A stretch of 64,000 nt of DNA from a virus. Every line of letters starts with the position of its first letter. Position 1 is the stretch's first letter. The position numbers and the translations under genes are program-made. Positions 11,741 to 22,220 of this stretch are shown one piece after another. The stretch is taken from positions 1 through 64,000 of the IMG/VR virus record IMGVR_UViG_3300005326_000044. One strand, given 5' to 3'. The notes below the pieces were generated by a model, which was not told the origin of the DNA, ran no database searches, and was given only the letters and a program-made list of their open reading frames with translations.

Positions 11741-12394
11741 ATGGCTTGGAATAATTCACCACCTAATTACCCAAACGGGTTAGATAATCAAGAGCTTTCT
11801 GGTAATCCGGCCTATCTTCCCATTCCTTCTGATCAAGCTAATTTTGTTGATTACATCGCAAGATTACGTAATTCTATTATCGCCATTGAAAGCGAGCTTG
11901 GCGTCAAACCTGCTGGAGTTTATGGCTCTGTTTCTGACCGTTTAGATCAAATTGTAGCAGGAAGCAGCAACGAAGACGGTTATAGCGATTCATTGTTTGT
12001 TGTTGACGTAACGCAAACCGCTAATTTTTCCGGGTCGATTGCTGTGGGTGAACCATTAACTCTTACGTCTGGCGGGCTTGTTAAATCAAGAGCAGACGCA
12101 ATTGGTTTCCAATATGTTTACGGTACGGTTGCGGTTGCTAACGCGAACGTTGTTCCTGGTACACTTATTCCTGTGGTTGTCTCTGGTTTTGCAACGATAG
12201 CCGGGGCGACATTTACTAAAGGACAAACGGTATACCTTGCGGCAACTGGGGGCGTAACAACCGATGCTGCCACTTTAGCAGCAGCTGACGGCGTTTACAT
12301 TGTAAAAATAGGAACAGCCACAGATACCACACAAATTATGGTTGAAATTGAAGAGCCTATACTTAATTCGGCTGGCGGTTGGTACAATCCATAG
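11741..12394 (+). CDS. Small virion structural/decoration protein (DUF2190/capsid-cement-like C-terminus)
   Basis: C-terminal pattern GSIAVGEPL...G.V...PG..IPVVVSG...GQTVYL...VKIGTA. Its N-terminal module is shared with the 1865-aa protein. Confidence 0.45.
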   Translation: MAWNNSPPNYPNGLDNQELSGNPAYLPIPSDQANFVDYIARLRNSIIAIESELGVKPAGVYGSVSDRLDQIVAGSSNEDGYSDSLFVVDVTQTANFSGSIAVGEPLTLTSGGLVKSRADAIGFQYVYGTVAVANANVVPGTLIPVVVSGFATIAGATFTKGQTVYLAATGGVTTDAATLAAADGVYIVKIGTATDTTQIMVEIEEPILNSAGGWYNP

Positions 12395-12424
12395 ACTAAA
12401 TTCTTATAAGACACAAAGGCAATA

Positions 12425-15259
12425 ATGGCATATAAATTCTTCGTCGTAGACAGCAACCTAAAGCCAGCGCTTATAAATCCCCAGCATAATTTGTTGACTG
12501 GATTAAATGGCGCAGCGGGTTATTATCACGTTAGTCAAGATGGGTATAGTTTTGTTTCTGCCGCTTCGACGCCTCCTCCTGGAAACGGATATGTGTTGTC
12601 TTGTGTTGATGGAACCTTTACTTGGATTCTATCAGACGCAACTATTCTTGGGGAAGCTCCTGCGATAGAAGGTTACTTTCTAAAAACTACAGCGTCTGCA
12701 ATGGAATGGATTCCTAAATCTAGTGTTCTTACAACTGAAAGCTGGACTATTACGCCAGACGGCGGAACAGCTTATTTATACCAATGGGCTGGGGCTGCAA
12801 ACTCTGTTAAAGGCGAACTAGTTGAAGTTGATAACACTTGGGAAATCGGGGGCGAAACTTTTGCAAATCAGCTAAGCAATTTAACATTAAGCAACACAAC
12901 AATAGATAATACAGATTCGCATAGAGTTTATTTAACAGTTACAAACGACGATCCCTTTGTTGAAGTTGCTGTGTTCAACGCTTCTAATATGTTAACGAAA
13001 ATAGCAGGAGGCGTTGGTGACTTATCTTCTGGCGGAACAATAGTTTTAGACGGCTATACCGTAGATAATATCACCGGGTCAGTTGACGTTGTTTCTAATG
13101 CCAGAACAGACATTACAGGTTATGCTACTTATGGTTTTATACAAGGATGCAAACAAGCAACGGTAAATTCTAAAGCGTTAGGCGTAATGTACACGGACAA
13201 CGCCGTTCCGGGAGCGTCAGTTTGGGTTGTTCGAGAAGGTACAGCGAAGGTTTTATTAACAAACAATATTGGAGTATATCCTGGTGCTTTGATTGGAGCG
13301 GACGTTAATACTGGGTATCGATGCGCTGTACAATCCATTGTTTCTGACGGTTTTGTTGGTTGGTCCCAAGAATGGAACGGCGGAGGAACAGATCAGCTTA
13401 TAGATGTGTCTTTGAGTTTAGGAGTAAGCGGAACAAGCGAAACAAGCGCTCAGCCTGTTGTGTCTCGAACTATATTTGTTGACGTAAATGGTGACGACAA
13501 TACTGCTCAACGCGAAAACATGATGTTACCATATCGTACGATTCAAGCCGCATTAAACGCGGCACAAAGCGGAGATGTGGTGAAGGTTGGTCCAGGAACT
13601 TTTGCTGAAGACCGCATATATTTGCCTGACATTAAAGAAATTTCGCTAGTCGGCTCCGGTGAGTTGACAAAAATTGTAGGAGGTATTGAAGGCGAAGCTG
13701 TGATTTGCACACAATGGGATCCTTATCCTTCAACCAGCGATCAGATTATTACGATTGCAGATTTGTATGTTGAGCAAAATGGCCAAGGATCAAGTTTTGA
13801 TTTTATGGGCGTACCATATAGCGAGGGCGTAAATCCCGGAAGTGTTTATGTAATTAATGTAAGAACTGTTGGTCAACAAGCTGCTCCTTTAGAATTTAGA
13901 TGTTATCAAAATGTTTACATTTCCGGTTATATTGGCGAAGGTCTTAGTTTTAGAGCAGTGCAGCAGATAGATATCGTCAATACTCCTGGCTCTCCCGCCG
14001 GTATCGGTTTGTGGGTTAGTTGGCTTGAAAACGATACATATTATCCTTACCCTGATGTTGGAACAACGTTAAATGTTTATGGTTCAAATGTTGGCGGAGT
14101 TAGTTTAACCGGCTTCATAAAATTTAAAGCCTACGGAAGCAATATTGGCGGCATTACAGCTACTTTAACAGATAAATTTGCAGAACAAGGTACAGTTTAT
14201 ACTTCTGGTTGTAATGTTGGCGGGGCAGCAATTACAGCTACCGGAGTAATTAGTGGTGATGTTGCTGTTTTTGATTCAAGCAGCCTTGGCGGCTTTTCGC
14301 TTGAAAAAAGCTCAGGCCCTAATAGAGTAACTGCTGCCGCTAGAAATTGTTCAATTCCAAGTGGTGTTACCGCTGGCAATGGTTGTGATATAGATGCTAG
14401 AAAATCGTATCTTGAAAGTATTTCTACTGTAGGGGACGGTACGGTTTTATCTGACTCAAGCCTATATGATGCGGCTGGAATTAATCGTGTTGATGTTGGC
14501 GCCCTTACCGTGCCTTCTACAAATCAAGTTCTTGCACTAACCGCTGAGGGAGGTCTAGCGATTCGTATGACTAATAAAACAGGCGAAGCGTCTGTCAAAG
14601 GAAGCGTTCTACAAATTGATCGCACATGGATAATCACAGATACGGTTCAGCTATCTTCGCTATATCTGGAAAATGTCACCATGTCTTTTTCAGATGCTGG
14701 AAGGCTTTATCTTGAGGTTATCAATCAAGATCCTGATGTTACTGTTTGGGTGTGGGCAGATGAGGCGCGCTCTATTAAGGTTGCGTCTGGTACCCTTATG
14801 GGCGGTTGGGCCACTGGTGGTGCAGTAACCCTTTCTGCATCAGGCGGCTCTGGCATCAGCGGCACCGTGGATGTTGTTGCTTCGGCTGTAAATGAAAGCA
14901 CAGGAGTCGCAACTCACGGAACAAATAATGGAGTCATACTTCCAACAGCTACTATAAACGGCATATTACCTCCGCCACTAATTGGTGTTATGTACTCTGA
15001 CAGCGTATCAGACGGATATGACGTTTGGGTTGTTATCTCTGGTAAAGCTCAAGTTTTGACTTATGCCGGTGCTGCTTGCGGTGGACATTTGATTCTTAAC
15101 CAAGCTGCTGCTCCCCATAACGCTAAGGTCTTATGTGAACTTGAACGCACAGCAAACTATGTGAACCTTGGTGTTGGCATAGCTTTGGAGCGGGTTACAA
15201 GCGGTCTTGTTCTTGCTAAGCTTGATCTTCGTGGATTTGGCTCGGCGCTGGTAGAGTAA
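12425..15259 (+). CDS. Multidomain fibre/decoration protein: two cement-like modules flanking a right-handed beta-helix
   Basis: TIFVDVNGDD...PYRTIQAALNAAQSGDVVKVGPGTFAE is a typical beta-helix start. The SVKG...GVMY.D...G..VWVV..G.A.VL module is internally duplicated. Confidence 0.5.
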   Translation: MAYKFFVVDSNLKPALINPQHNLLTGLNGAAGYYHVSQDGYSFVSAASTPPPGNGYVLSCVDGTFTWILSDATILGEAPAIEGYFLKTTASAMEWIPKSSVLTTESWTITPDGGTAYLYQWAGAANSVKGELVEVDNTWEIGGETFANQLSNLTLSNTTIDNTDSHRVYLTVTNDDPFVEVAVFNASNMLTKIAGGVGDLSSGGTIVLDGYTVDNITGSVDVVSNARTDITGYATYGFIQGCKQATVNSKALGVMYTDNAVPGASVWVVREGTAKVLLTNNIGVYPGALIGADVNTGYRCAVQSIVSDGFVGWSQEWNGGGTDQLIDVSLSLGVSGTSETSAQPVVSRTIFVDVNGDDNTAQRENMMLPYRTIQAALNAAQSGDVVKVGPGTFAEDRIYLPDIKEISLVGSGELTKIVGGIEGEAVICTQWDPYPSTSDQIITIADLYVEQNGQGSSFDFMGVPYSEGVNPGSVYVINVRTVGQQAAPLEFRCYQNVYISGYIGEGLSFRAVQQIDIVNTPGSPAGIGLWVSWLENDTYYPYPDVGTTLNVYGSNVGGVSLTGFIKFKAYGSNIGGITATLTDKFAEQGTVYTSGCNVGGAAITATGVISGDVAVFDSSSLGGFSLEKSSGPNRVTAAARNCSIPSGVTAGNGCDIDARKSYLESISTVGDGTVLSDSSLYDAAGINRVDVGALTVPSTNQVLALTAEGGLAIRMTNKTGEASVKGSVLQIDRTWIITDTVQLSSLYLENVTMSFSDAGRLYLEVINQDPDVTVWVWADEARSIKVASGTLMGGWATGGAVTLSASGGSGISGTVDVVASAVNESTGVATHGTNNGVILPTATINGILPPPLIGVMYSDSVSDGYDVWVVISGKAQVLTYAGAACGGHLILNQAAAPHNAKVLCELERTANYVNLGVGIALERVTSGLVLAKLDLRGFGSALVE

Positions 15260-15358
15260 TTGAATCTTCGTAAGCATTATCAATTACCTTGTATTTAATT
15301 TGAAATGTTTTGGTTATTTTTAATCAAACAGTATTTTCTCAAAACAATCAAGGTTGTC

Positions 15359-15679
15359 ATGGAAAGTGAAAACAAAAACGTCAGTGGTGGCAAATTAACT
15401 AAAACCTCTGCTGGTAGAAAATTTCTACTTACAATTCTAATTTTCTGCGCAGCAACGCTTATGTGTATCGTTCCACCTGTTGTGTCATCATTTGTGTTTA
15501 AAGCTGATTCTCCACTTATGGTGTTGTCTGGAGCAGAATGGGTAAGCGTTATGAGTCTAATTTGCGCTTTTTATTTTGGAGCAAACGTTGCCCAAAAACA
15601 TTTGCTTAATAAAACGACACCACAAACAAATGGTGAAAATCCGTCACCATCTGACCCTCCTCCATCAAATAATCCGTAG
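15359..15679 (+). CDS. Small two-TM membrane protein, holin-like
   Basis: GRKFLLTILIFCAATLMCIV and EWVSVMSLICAFYFGANV are hydrophobic helices with RKF/YFG signatures. ATG 15359, preceded by AAGG, is preferred over 15305. Confidence 0.45.
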   Translation: MESENKNVSGGKLTKTSAGRKFLLTILIFCAATLMCIVPPVVSSFVFKADSPLMVLSGAEWVSVMSLICAFYFGANVAQKHLLNKTTPQTNGENPSPSDPPPSNNP

Positions 15680-15765
15680 GCAACAAGTTCGCCTATAGAA
15701 ACACGCAATAATCTAGGATTTATCTTGAAGTAAGGCTTGACATCTTGTGCCCACCTTAAGGCAAA

Positions 15766-18700
15766 ATGACAGCATATCCAAACAATATAGATACAGACAA
15801 TGAACTTCCCGCAGTGGACGATAACAACGTTTCTGAAATTGGCGGAGATGTAATTAATCGTCTTCGTGATGCAATTTTTGCTATCGAACAAACCCTAGGG
15901 ATTGAACCACATGGTACTGCCGGTTCTGTGGCTCAACGTATAAACACTTCTCTTGACGAAAGCGGAAATCTTCGGCCAGAAGCTTTAACTTCTCTTGGCT
16001 TGTTGACCAATATTATTGATTCTCAAGTTTCCGCCAACGCTGGAATTAAAGAGACCAAGTTAGCTTTGGATTATTCTACAGCTGCACTATACAACAATAT
16101 ATTTGCAGTTGCATCCAACTTGTCGGTATTAAACACACATGTAACCAACGTTGTTTATACTGATTTGTTAGGACACATTGGCGGGCAGCAATACATTTCT
16201 AGCGATCAATTCGGCAGACATGTTGCCTCAAACATTGATGTAAATCCTCCTGGGGCAGACCCAAGAGATCAAGCTTTTGTTAGTTCTGGATTACTGAATA
16301 AGACTGGTGGCGTTCGTCCGGCAAATTTGATGTCTGCGTTACTTGAAATTAACAACGAACTCGTAACTCACGAAACATCATCAGTCGGACAACATGTAGC
16401 TTCAGCAATCAGTTTAATTACCAATTCTTTTGGTGTTATCCCTACTTCGGCAAATAACGTTCAAGCGGCTATTGATTTTATTGATAATATGGCGGAAGCT
16501 GTTTATAATGAACACCGCGCCATTATGCATAGCAACGGCATTCCGCGTTCGAGCAGAAGTGAAGATTTTATTGCTGATGGATATGCAAACGCTCTAAATA
16601 CAGCTGTTGTTTGTGAGACTTTCCTTGATTGGTCTAATCATCTAATTGACTTGGTGAAAGTTCACCCTGATGGTGTAACAACACATCAGCTAGACGAATT
16701 GTTTAGGCGGATTTCTGTTGGTGATAGTGCTTGTATTAATTATGGCGGATTTATCGCTCGTTTTTATATTAAGTCTATTAACCACGTTCCAGGTTCTATT
16801 TGGAATTTTAAGATTGATGGTATTCATCTTGAAAATAAACAACTTTCAACTCCTACTTATCCTGCTTATGTAACGTTTGAAAAAACAAAATTCGACGAAA
16901 ATAATTTCGGTATACTCGCTGTTGCCGCCGCAAATCACAATCTATGGGCAGCAAATCCTGGCGTTCCCGGAAGTGTTATTGTAGTTCCGCCGTCATCGCC
17001 GCAAATGTGCGGTATGGATTTGAATCTGGACGAGCTAGATAGCACGCACCGGATGTTATACATCCATTTTTATCCTGACGGAAATCCAGCAAATGGTTCT
17101 ATTGAACTTCCTGGGATTGACGTAACAGGCAACTTGGGCATTACCCCAGGAGCTTACACTTTAGATGACGTAATCTCCAATGTAAATTCTGCTTTTAGGT
17201 CCGCTGGTTATAACTATCGAATGGTTGCTTTTGAATACAAAGGACAATTCGGTTTAGCAGTTGCGGACAATTATGGAAACGCAGGTTTTTCGGTTGTTGC
17301 CGGACAATTTAATAACTCAAATGTCTTAACACCGTATGGTGAAAATAACGTTATTGGTAATGACCGTGAAGGTGATTACAAGGACGCTTTGGGTCTCGGA
17401 ATTCACAAAGCAAATGTAGCAAGTCCTAAATATGTTACGCCTACAAGCGCCAGCACGTCTTTTCCGACAACAGTTTTTATTGGACGCTCAAACAAAAACT
17501 ACAGCACAAACGGAGCATATCGCAGTGCTTTAGCTTCAGACCCGACCGTCAATACAGATGGATACTGGGACGCAACCATTATTGGCCGTACAGTGACTGC
17601 GGCTTCTGTTGAAACAACTTATGAGGTCGCACTTGATTTAACGCAAAGCAGAATTACAACTGGAAGCACTATTGTTGTTCTACCTGTAGAGGGCGCTTCA
17701 TATTCCACCAATGATTATGGTCGTTTTATTGTAAAAAATGTTACCAGAACCGGTTGTCCATCTACTTCCGCACAAATCACTGTAGTAAACGCGATTCACG
17801 GTACCGGCTCAGCTATCGATAGTTCTTTAGGAGCAGGCACATCAGTTAAAATCTATTTCGGTTTTGATTCTGTATCGTTTTCCAGCAACGTATATGACGA
17901 AAACATTCCAGGTAACACCAAACGTTACTTTGAACTTTTTGTCAACATGGAAGGAAAAACTGAAGCATATGAGCGTGCTCGTTTTGCTATAGATTCTGTT
18001 GCAGGTTTGATTGATACATATTCTCTCGTTACAACAACGAAGAGCAACGGTTGGCACATCTATGAAGTAAGTCCAAAATTCAAGGGGTATCCTGAAGTTG
18101 GAGGTTCAACTGGTAGAAAATACGTTCGTTTCTATATTTTCAACTATGATAGCACAACAAAAGCTTATGACGGATATGTCAAGCAAGTAGATGCCACAAA
18201 CCAAACTGTTTATGTTGGTCCAATCACCAGAGTTAGAAAAGGTGAAGTTGGTAGATATTATGACGATTCCGGTGTTGATTACATTGAAATCGGATTCAAT
18301 GAACCATATAGTTCTAACGTTGATATTCTGTCAAGCTCTTCGGATATTAGATATCTTGATATTGAAATCTTCCAGACCGAATCTGATAATGATGAATTTA
18401 TGCGTCTTGCATTTTGCGAGCAGCTATATCTTGCCGCAAATATAAATGGTGGCGTTATTGATTATGTCAAAGATAAACGAAATTTTGGAAACGTTGGAGA
18501 AAAAGATCTAACAGATAGTGCTCTTGGTTTTATTGAGAGTAACTCTAGGTTGATGCATGAAAACGGCGTTATCAATGGTTTTGATTTTGTCAAGACTGAT
18601 GGAAATAAGTTTAGCTTTTTCAATGGCGGCATCGGGCATGTTGGCGGAAGAATTGTTAACAAAAACTCTTTTTCCGTAAAAGTAAACGCTATGTTCCCAT

Positions 18701-21363
18701 TTGGGTCAAGCGCAACATCTTATGCTGCTTCCGTTGTTATCTGTCTAACCAGTCACGGAACAATTGAGCTTGTTCCTGTAGGAACCATTACTGTTGTAAC
18801 TCGATTTGCAGTTAGTGGCGGGTCTAGATACGAAAGAATCTATACTATTCCTGAGTTGATTGAAAACAGGAAAGATTTATTGCCGCTTTGGGTTATCAAT
18901 TATACTTGTGAAAAAACAGTAGATGGAGAACCCGTTTTAGCGGCCATAACGGACTGCCAAGATTTTAGAAGGTTTATTCGCAGCGGCAGTGTTGATGAAT
19001 TACATGTAAGCGGCATTTCTCTATATAGTGAAACCAACGCATCTTCAACGGCTCTTGGAAACTTTGCTAGCCTACAGGCCGCAGTAAACTATGCGAAAGC
19101 TATTTCACTTAGAGCAAACACAACTATTCTAGTAAAGGGTCGAGTATACTTACCAGCTGAAGTTGTCATTTCGTCCAATATAACTATTGAAGGTGCGCCA
19201 AACAATCAAATCGTTTATACCGGACAAAAAGCCCTTAATATTGGAAACATTACGACTTCAATTCCTGTTAGCCAGGGGATGATACCCATAGTTTATCCTG
19301 ATCATTTTGTCACTAACGTTCGAATTAAAGGTTTAAATTTCCTTCGAAAACTGAACCGAGGTACTGGCGCACAACCTTATGCTGCTAATGGTTATGGAAG
19401 CGGAACGATTGTTGCGTCATGTTTGAACGGCATGGTTCTATTTAGTAATATTACGGTTGAAGATTGTAGTTTTAGCACAGACACTGGAGCCGGATATAGA
19501 GCGTCTTGCTCTCCACACATTTTGTTTGAACAGATTGGTGACGGCGGAGAATTTACTAACATTACCGTTCGTAAAAATAGATTTACTGAGCCTAACGCCC
19601 AGTTAGATATTGCATTTGTAAATAGAGGCGGACTAAGTGTTATCCCTAATCCAACTACGAATCCTAACGCTAAAGGAACAGTTCTTCGAAACGTTTTGAT
19701 TGAAGAAAACGTTTCAAATAAGTTGGGTTATATTATGTTGAGCAGCGATAACACATCTGATGCTGCCGGAACAAAATCACGAGGACTGTCTGCGTATGGC
19801 GTAAGTGTTTTGAACAATTCAACTGGATTCATTTGGTTGAATATGTCTAGATATTTTTATTTAGGCAGCAACGGGGTATCTTCAACAGATTATTCTTCAG
19901 GGATAGATCAGCCTCAATTAATTGTAGACAACAACAAGTGTATTGGAATTGGTTATAAAACTATCGTTGGTAGTGAATCAACTGGCCCAACCGATAACGG
20001 CTTACCAGTTGTAGCGACGCCATCAACTATTGTCAAGAACAACAAATGCAGCAGTGTTTATGTTCCTATGTTTGCTGATAAATACAGAGACGCAGCCAAT
20101 GACAATTATCCAGGAGAACTAATTATTAGCGGGAATATTGTTTCTTTGAGCAAATATGAGGCGTCTTTATTTGACCCGAGCGATTCTCCTGTAAAGACAA
20201 TCAATTCTGGTTATGCTATTTATGTTCCGTCCAACATCAAGGACATGTCAACTTGTGGCGCACATGTCATTATTGAAAAAAACATAATTGATTCACCGCA
20301 ATATAAGCTTTATGGCGGCGGAATTGCTAACGACGCTTTGCTTTATCTTACTGGAATTTATTGTTATGTTCCAGCAAAAATTGTAAACAACATCATCTCT
20401 AAATGCTTTAGCGGCACAGGAATTAGCGTTGGTGCTGTTACAGCAAATCTTACTTTACCATTTGAAATTACTGGAAACACAATTGAGCGAGGAGTTCTTA
20501 ACGTTTCTTCGTACATTCAAGTAGAATCAACGTTTACTGACAAAATCTATATTACAGATAATTATTTTGATTCAAACACGATTAACGAAGTATCAACAGA
20601 CTTAATTTCCGCTACATCTGCATATCGATACAAAGTTGTCGCTCAGCGAAACAAGAACCAGTCTTTTACCGTAGATATGATTCCTCATTTCCGAGCAGAG
20701 CCACAATACTATCTAGGCAACGCTTATGGAAATCCAAGATGGTGGACAACTTCTCGCTTTTCTTCTACGTCGGCCTTTTATTCAAGAACCACAAACGTAA
20801 TTTGCAACGTTCCTTCTCCAACATATGGTGGAGCGCCATATGGGTCAGCTGTTTTGCCTGCCATTATTGACCTTCCATATGTTGATGGCGCCACGCCTAT
20901 TAAGATGGAATTTTATGTAACAGTCAGCAACACGCAAACTAACCCAGATTATACAGGCGAACAAATTTATCCATTACTATTCTACCCGACACTAGGTACG
21001 CTTAGCGTTTTTGGAATATCTAATCAGATTTCATTTGATGTTGGTACCGGTACAGTCGGCGCTGGAGGTTACCACAATAGTCACGCAGCAGTAAGTGTAA
21101 ATAATACTGTTGATGAATATTTTGTTCGTGCGAGCGCTATCGCTACTACGCTAGTTTCTTTTGATCTAACAACTCTTGCGGCTAATTCATATTTCCAAAG
21201 TATTTTGTCATCGCAACGAACTATTCCATTGGCCTTGACTTTTGCTAAAAGCGCTGGCGGCTATAAAGTACCAATAGAGCTATATACCACGACAATTAGT
21301 GAAGCAAGCGGAACATATGACATGATTACATTGGCATCTCCCAAAATCACGTACCGTTATTAA
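15766..21363 (+). CDS. Giant virion fibre/spike protein (1865 aa) with C-terminal beta-helix region
   Basis: N-terminal YPNNID...LRDAIFAIEQTLG anchor module and H-x-A-x-x-I motifs. GNFASLQAAVNY...ISSNITIEG is a beta-helix opening followed by I..N/N repeats. Confidence 0.5.
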   Translation: MTAYPNNIDTDNELPAVDDNNVSEIGGDVINRLRDAIFAIEQTLGIEPHGTAGSVAQRINTSLDESGNLRPEALTSLGLLTNIIDSQVSANAGIKETKLALDYSTAALYNNIFAVASNLSVLNTHVTNVVYTDLLGHIGGQQYISSDQFGRHVASNIDVNPPGADPRDQAFVSSGLLNKTGGVRPANLMSALLEINNELVTHETSSVGQHVASAISLITNSFGVIPTSANNVQAAIDFIDNMAEAVYNEHRAIMHSNGIPRSSRSEDFIADGYANALNTAVVCETFLDWSNHLIDLVKVHPDGVTTHQLDELFRRISVGDSACINYGGFIARFYIKSINHVPGSIWNFKIDGIHLENKQLSTPTYPAYVTFEKTKFDENNFGILAVAAANHNLWAANPGVPGSVIVVPPSSPQMCGMDLNLDELDSTHRMLYIHFYPDGNPANGSIELPGIDVTGNLGITPGAYTLDDVISNVNSAFRSAGYNYRMVAFEYKGQFGLAVADNYGNAGFSVVAGQFNNSNVLTPYGENNVIGNDREGDYKDALGLGIHKANVASPKYVTPTSASTSFPTTVFIGRSNKNYSTNGAYRSALASDPTVNTDGYWDATIIGRTVTAASVETTYEVALDLTQSRITTGSTIVVLPVEGASYSTNDYGRFIVKNVTRTGCPSTSAQITVVNAIHGTGSAIDSSLGAGTSVKIYFGFDSVSFSSNVYDENIPGNTKRYFELFVNMEGKTEAYERARFAIDSVAGLIDTYSLVTTTKSNGWHIYEVSPKFKGYPEVGGSTGRKYVRFYIFNYDSTTKAYDGYVKQVDATNQTVYVGPITRVRKGEVGRYYDDSGVDYIEIGFNEPYSSNVDILSSSSDIRYLDIEIFQTESDNDEFMRLAFCEQLYLAANINGGVIDYVKDKRNFGNVGEKDLTDSALGFIESNSRLMHENGVINGFDFVKTDGNKFSFFNGGIGHVGGRIVNKNSFSVKVNAMFPFGSSATSYAASVVICLTSHGTIELVPVGTITVVTRFAVSGGSRYERIYTIPELIENRKDLLPLWVINYTCEKTVDGEPVLAAITDCQDFRRFIRSGSVDELHVSGISLYSETNASSTALGNFASLQAAVNYAKAISLRANTTILVKGRVYLPAEVVISSNITIEGAPNNQIVYTGQKALNIGNITTSIPVSQGMIPIVYPDHFVTNVRIKGLNFLRKLNRGTGAQPYAANGYGSGTIVASCLNGMVLFSNITVEDCSFSTDTGAGYRASCSPHILFEQIGDGGEFTNITVRKNRFTEPNAQLDIAFVNRGGLSVIPNPTTNPNAKGTVLRNVLIEENVSNKLGYIMLSSDNTSDAAGTKSRGLSAYGVSVLNNSTGFIWLNMSRYFYLGSNGVSSTDYSSGIDQPQLIVDNNKCIGIGYKTIVGSESTGPTDNGLPVVATPSTIVKNNKCSSVYVPMFADKYRDAANDNYPGELIISGNIVSLSKYEASLFDPSDSPVKTINSGYAIYVPSNIKDMSTCGAHVIIEKNIIDSPQYKLYGGGIANDALLYLTGIYCYVPAKIVNNIISKCFSGTGISVGAVTANLTLPFEITGNTIERGVLNVSSYIQVESTFTDKIYITDNYFDSNTINEVSTDLISATSAYRYKVVAQRNKNQSFTVDMIPHFRAEPQYYLGNAYGNPRWWTTSRFSSTSAFYSRTTNVICNVPSPTYGGAPYGSAVLPAIIDLPYVDGATPIKMEFYVTVSNTQTNPDYTGEQIYPLLFYPTLGTLSVFGISNQISFDVGTGTVGAGGYHNSHAAVSVNNTVDEYFVRASAIATTLVSFDLTTLAANSYFQSILSSQRTIPLALTFAKSAGGYKVPIELYTTTISEASGTYDMITLASPKITYRY

Positions 21364-21371
21364 AAGCAAAT

Positions 21372-22163
21372 ATGGCTGTTGGAACATTTATCCCATCCGA
21401 TCTTTTAGCAATTCATAAAGTTGTACAGAATACCCAGCTGACAGCAGCCAAAGAACTGTTGGTGTCAACTTTGCGCGATTATTTCAGGCAAAGTTTTGAT
21501 TATCATTACGTTAGCGATGAATATGGTTTCCCAAAAGTATTGGATAGAACTGATGTGCCTCTTGAAGCTGGTATTGAGGATGACGAAGCGACAAGAATTT
21601 GGATTGGTCAGGAAAGCAAGCAAGACGTAAACTTTTATCCAGCTGTTACTATACGTCATACCGGGGCTAACTATAAAGCTATTTCCTTTAACCAGGATAG
21701 AGACTGCGTTCAGTTTGAAAAACGTATCTTTACTGATGGTTACGGCAGAAATCACACAATCAGCGTTCCTCAATACTTCCTATTTGTTGGCGCTTGGGAC
21801 ACCAACTTTGACATTGATATTGAAACGGAATCTCCAGAAACCAGGATGGTTTTAGCTGAAAACATCACGATGCTTTTCCAGAACATCGCAAATTGGGAAC
21901 TTCAAGCTAAAGGTCTCTTTATTAAAAGCACAAGACTAAGTGGAGAACAAAGTGTCGATAAGCACAATGATAAAATTTTCAAGCAAACTGTCTCCCTAGA
22001 ATGTCGAGGCGAATATCGTCGCGTCATCCCAATTGACAGCGTGGTTGATGTAATTAATGTGTGCATTGAGTTTGGTCTTATCGGCAATGATTCCCCTCCT
22101 GCGGAAAACCTGCGTATAAATTTCGAGTTAGATTTACTCGATGTTTTACTTGGTGTAGGTTAA
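21372..22163 (+). CDS. Putative tail terminator/completion protein
   Basis: Size (263 aa), YPAVTI motif, beta-rich pattern, and position just upstream of the sheath. Confidence 0.45.
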   Translation: MAVGTFIPSDLLAIHKVVQNTQLTAAKELLVSTLRDYFRQSFDYHYVSDEYGFPKVLDRTDVPLEAGIEDDEATRIWIGQESKQDVNFYPAVTIRHTGANYKAISFNQDRDCVQFEKRIFTDGYGRNHTISVPQYFLFVGAWDTNFDIDIETESPETRMVLAENITMLFQNIANWELQAKGLFIKSTRLSGEQSVDKHNDKIFKQTVSLECRGEYRRVIPIDSVVDVINVCIEFGLIGNDSPPAENLRINFELDLLDVLLGVG

Positions 22164-22220
22164 CATTCCTGGAATCGTATTATTGTGTTGTAGCATAATA
22201 CAATAATTGCACATAAATAT

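Noticed and set aside
7858-21363. Diversity-generating retroelement acting on fibre C-termini
   Set aside because: No reverse transcriptase and no adenine-variant TR/VR repeat pair noticed by eye; a self-alignment would be needed to exclude it fully.
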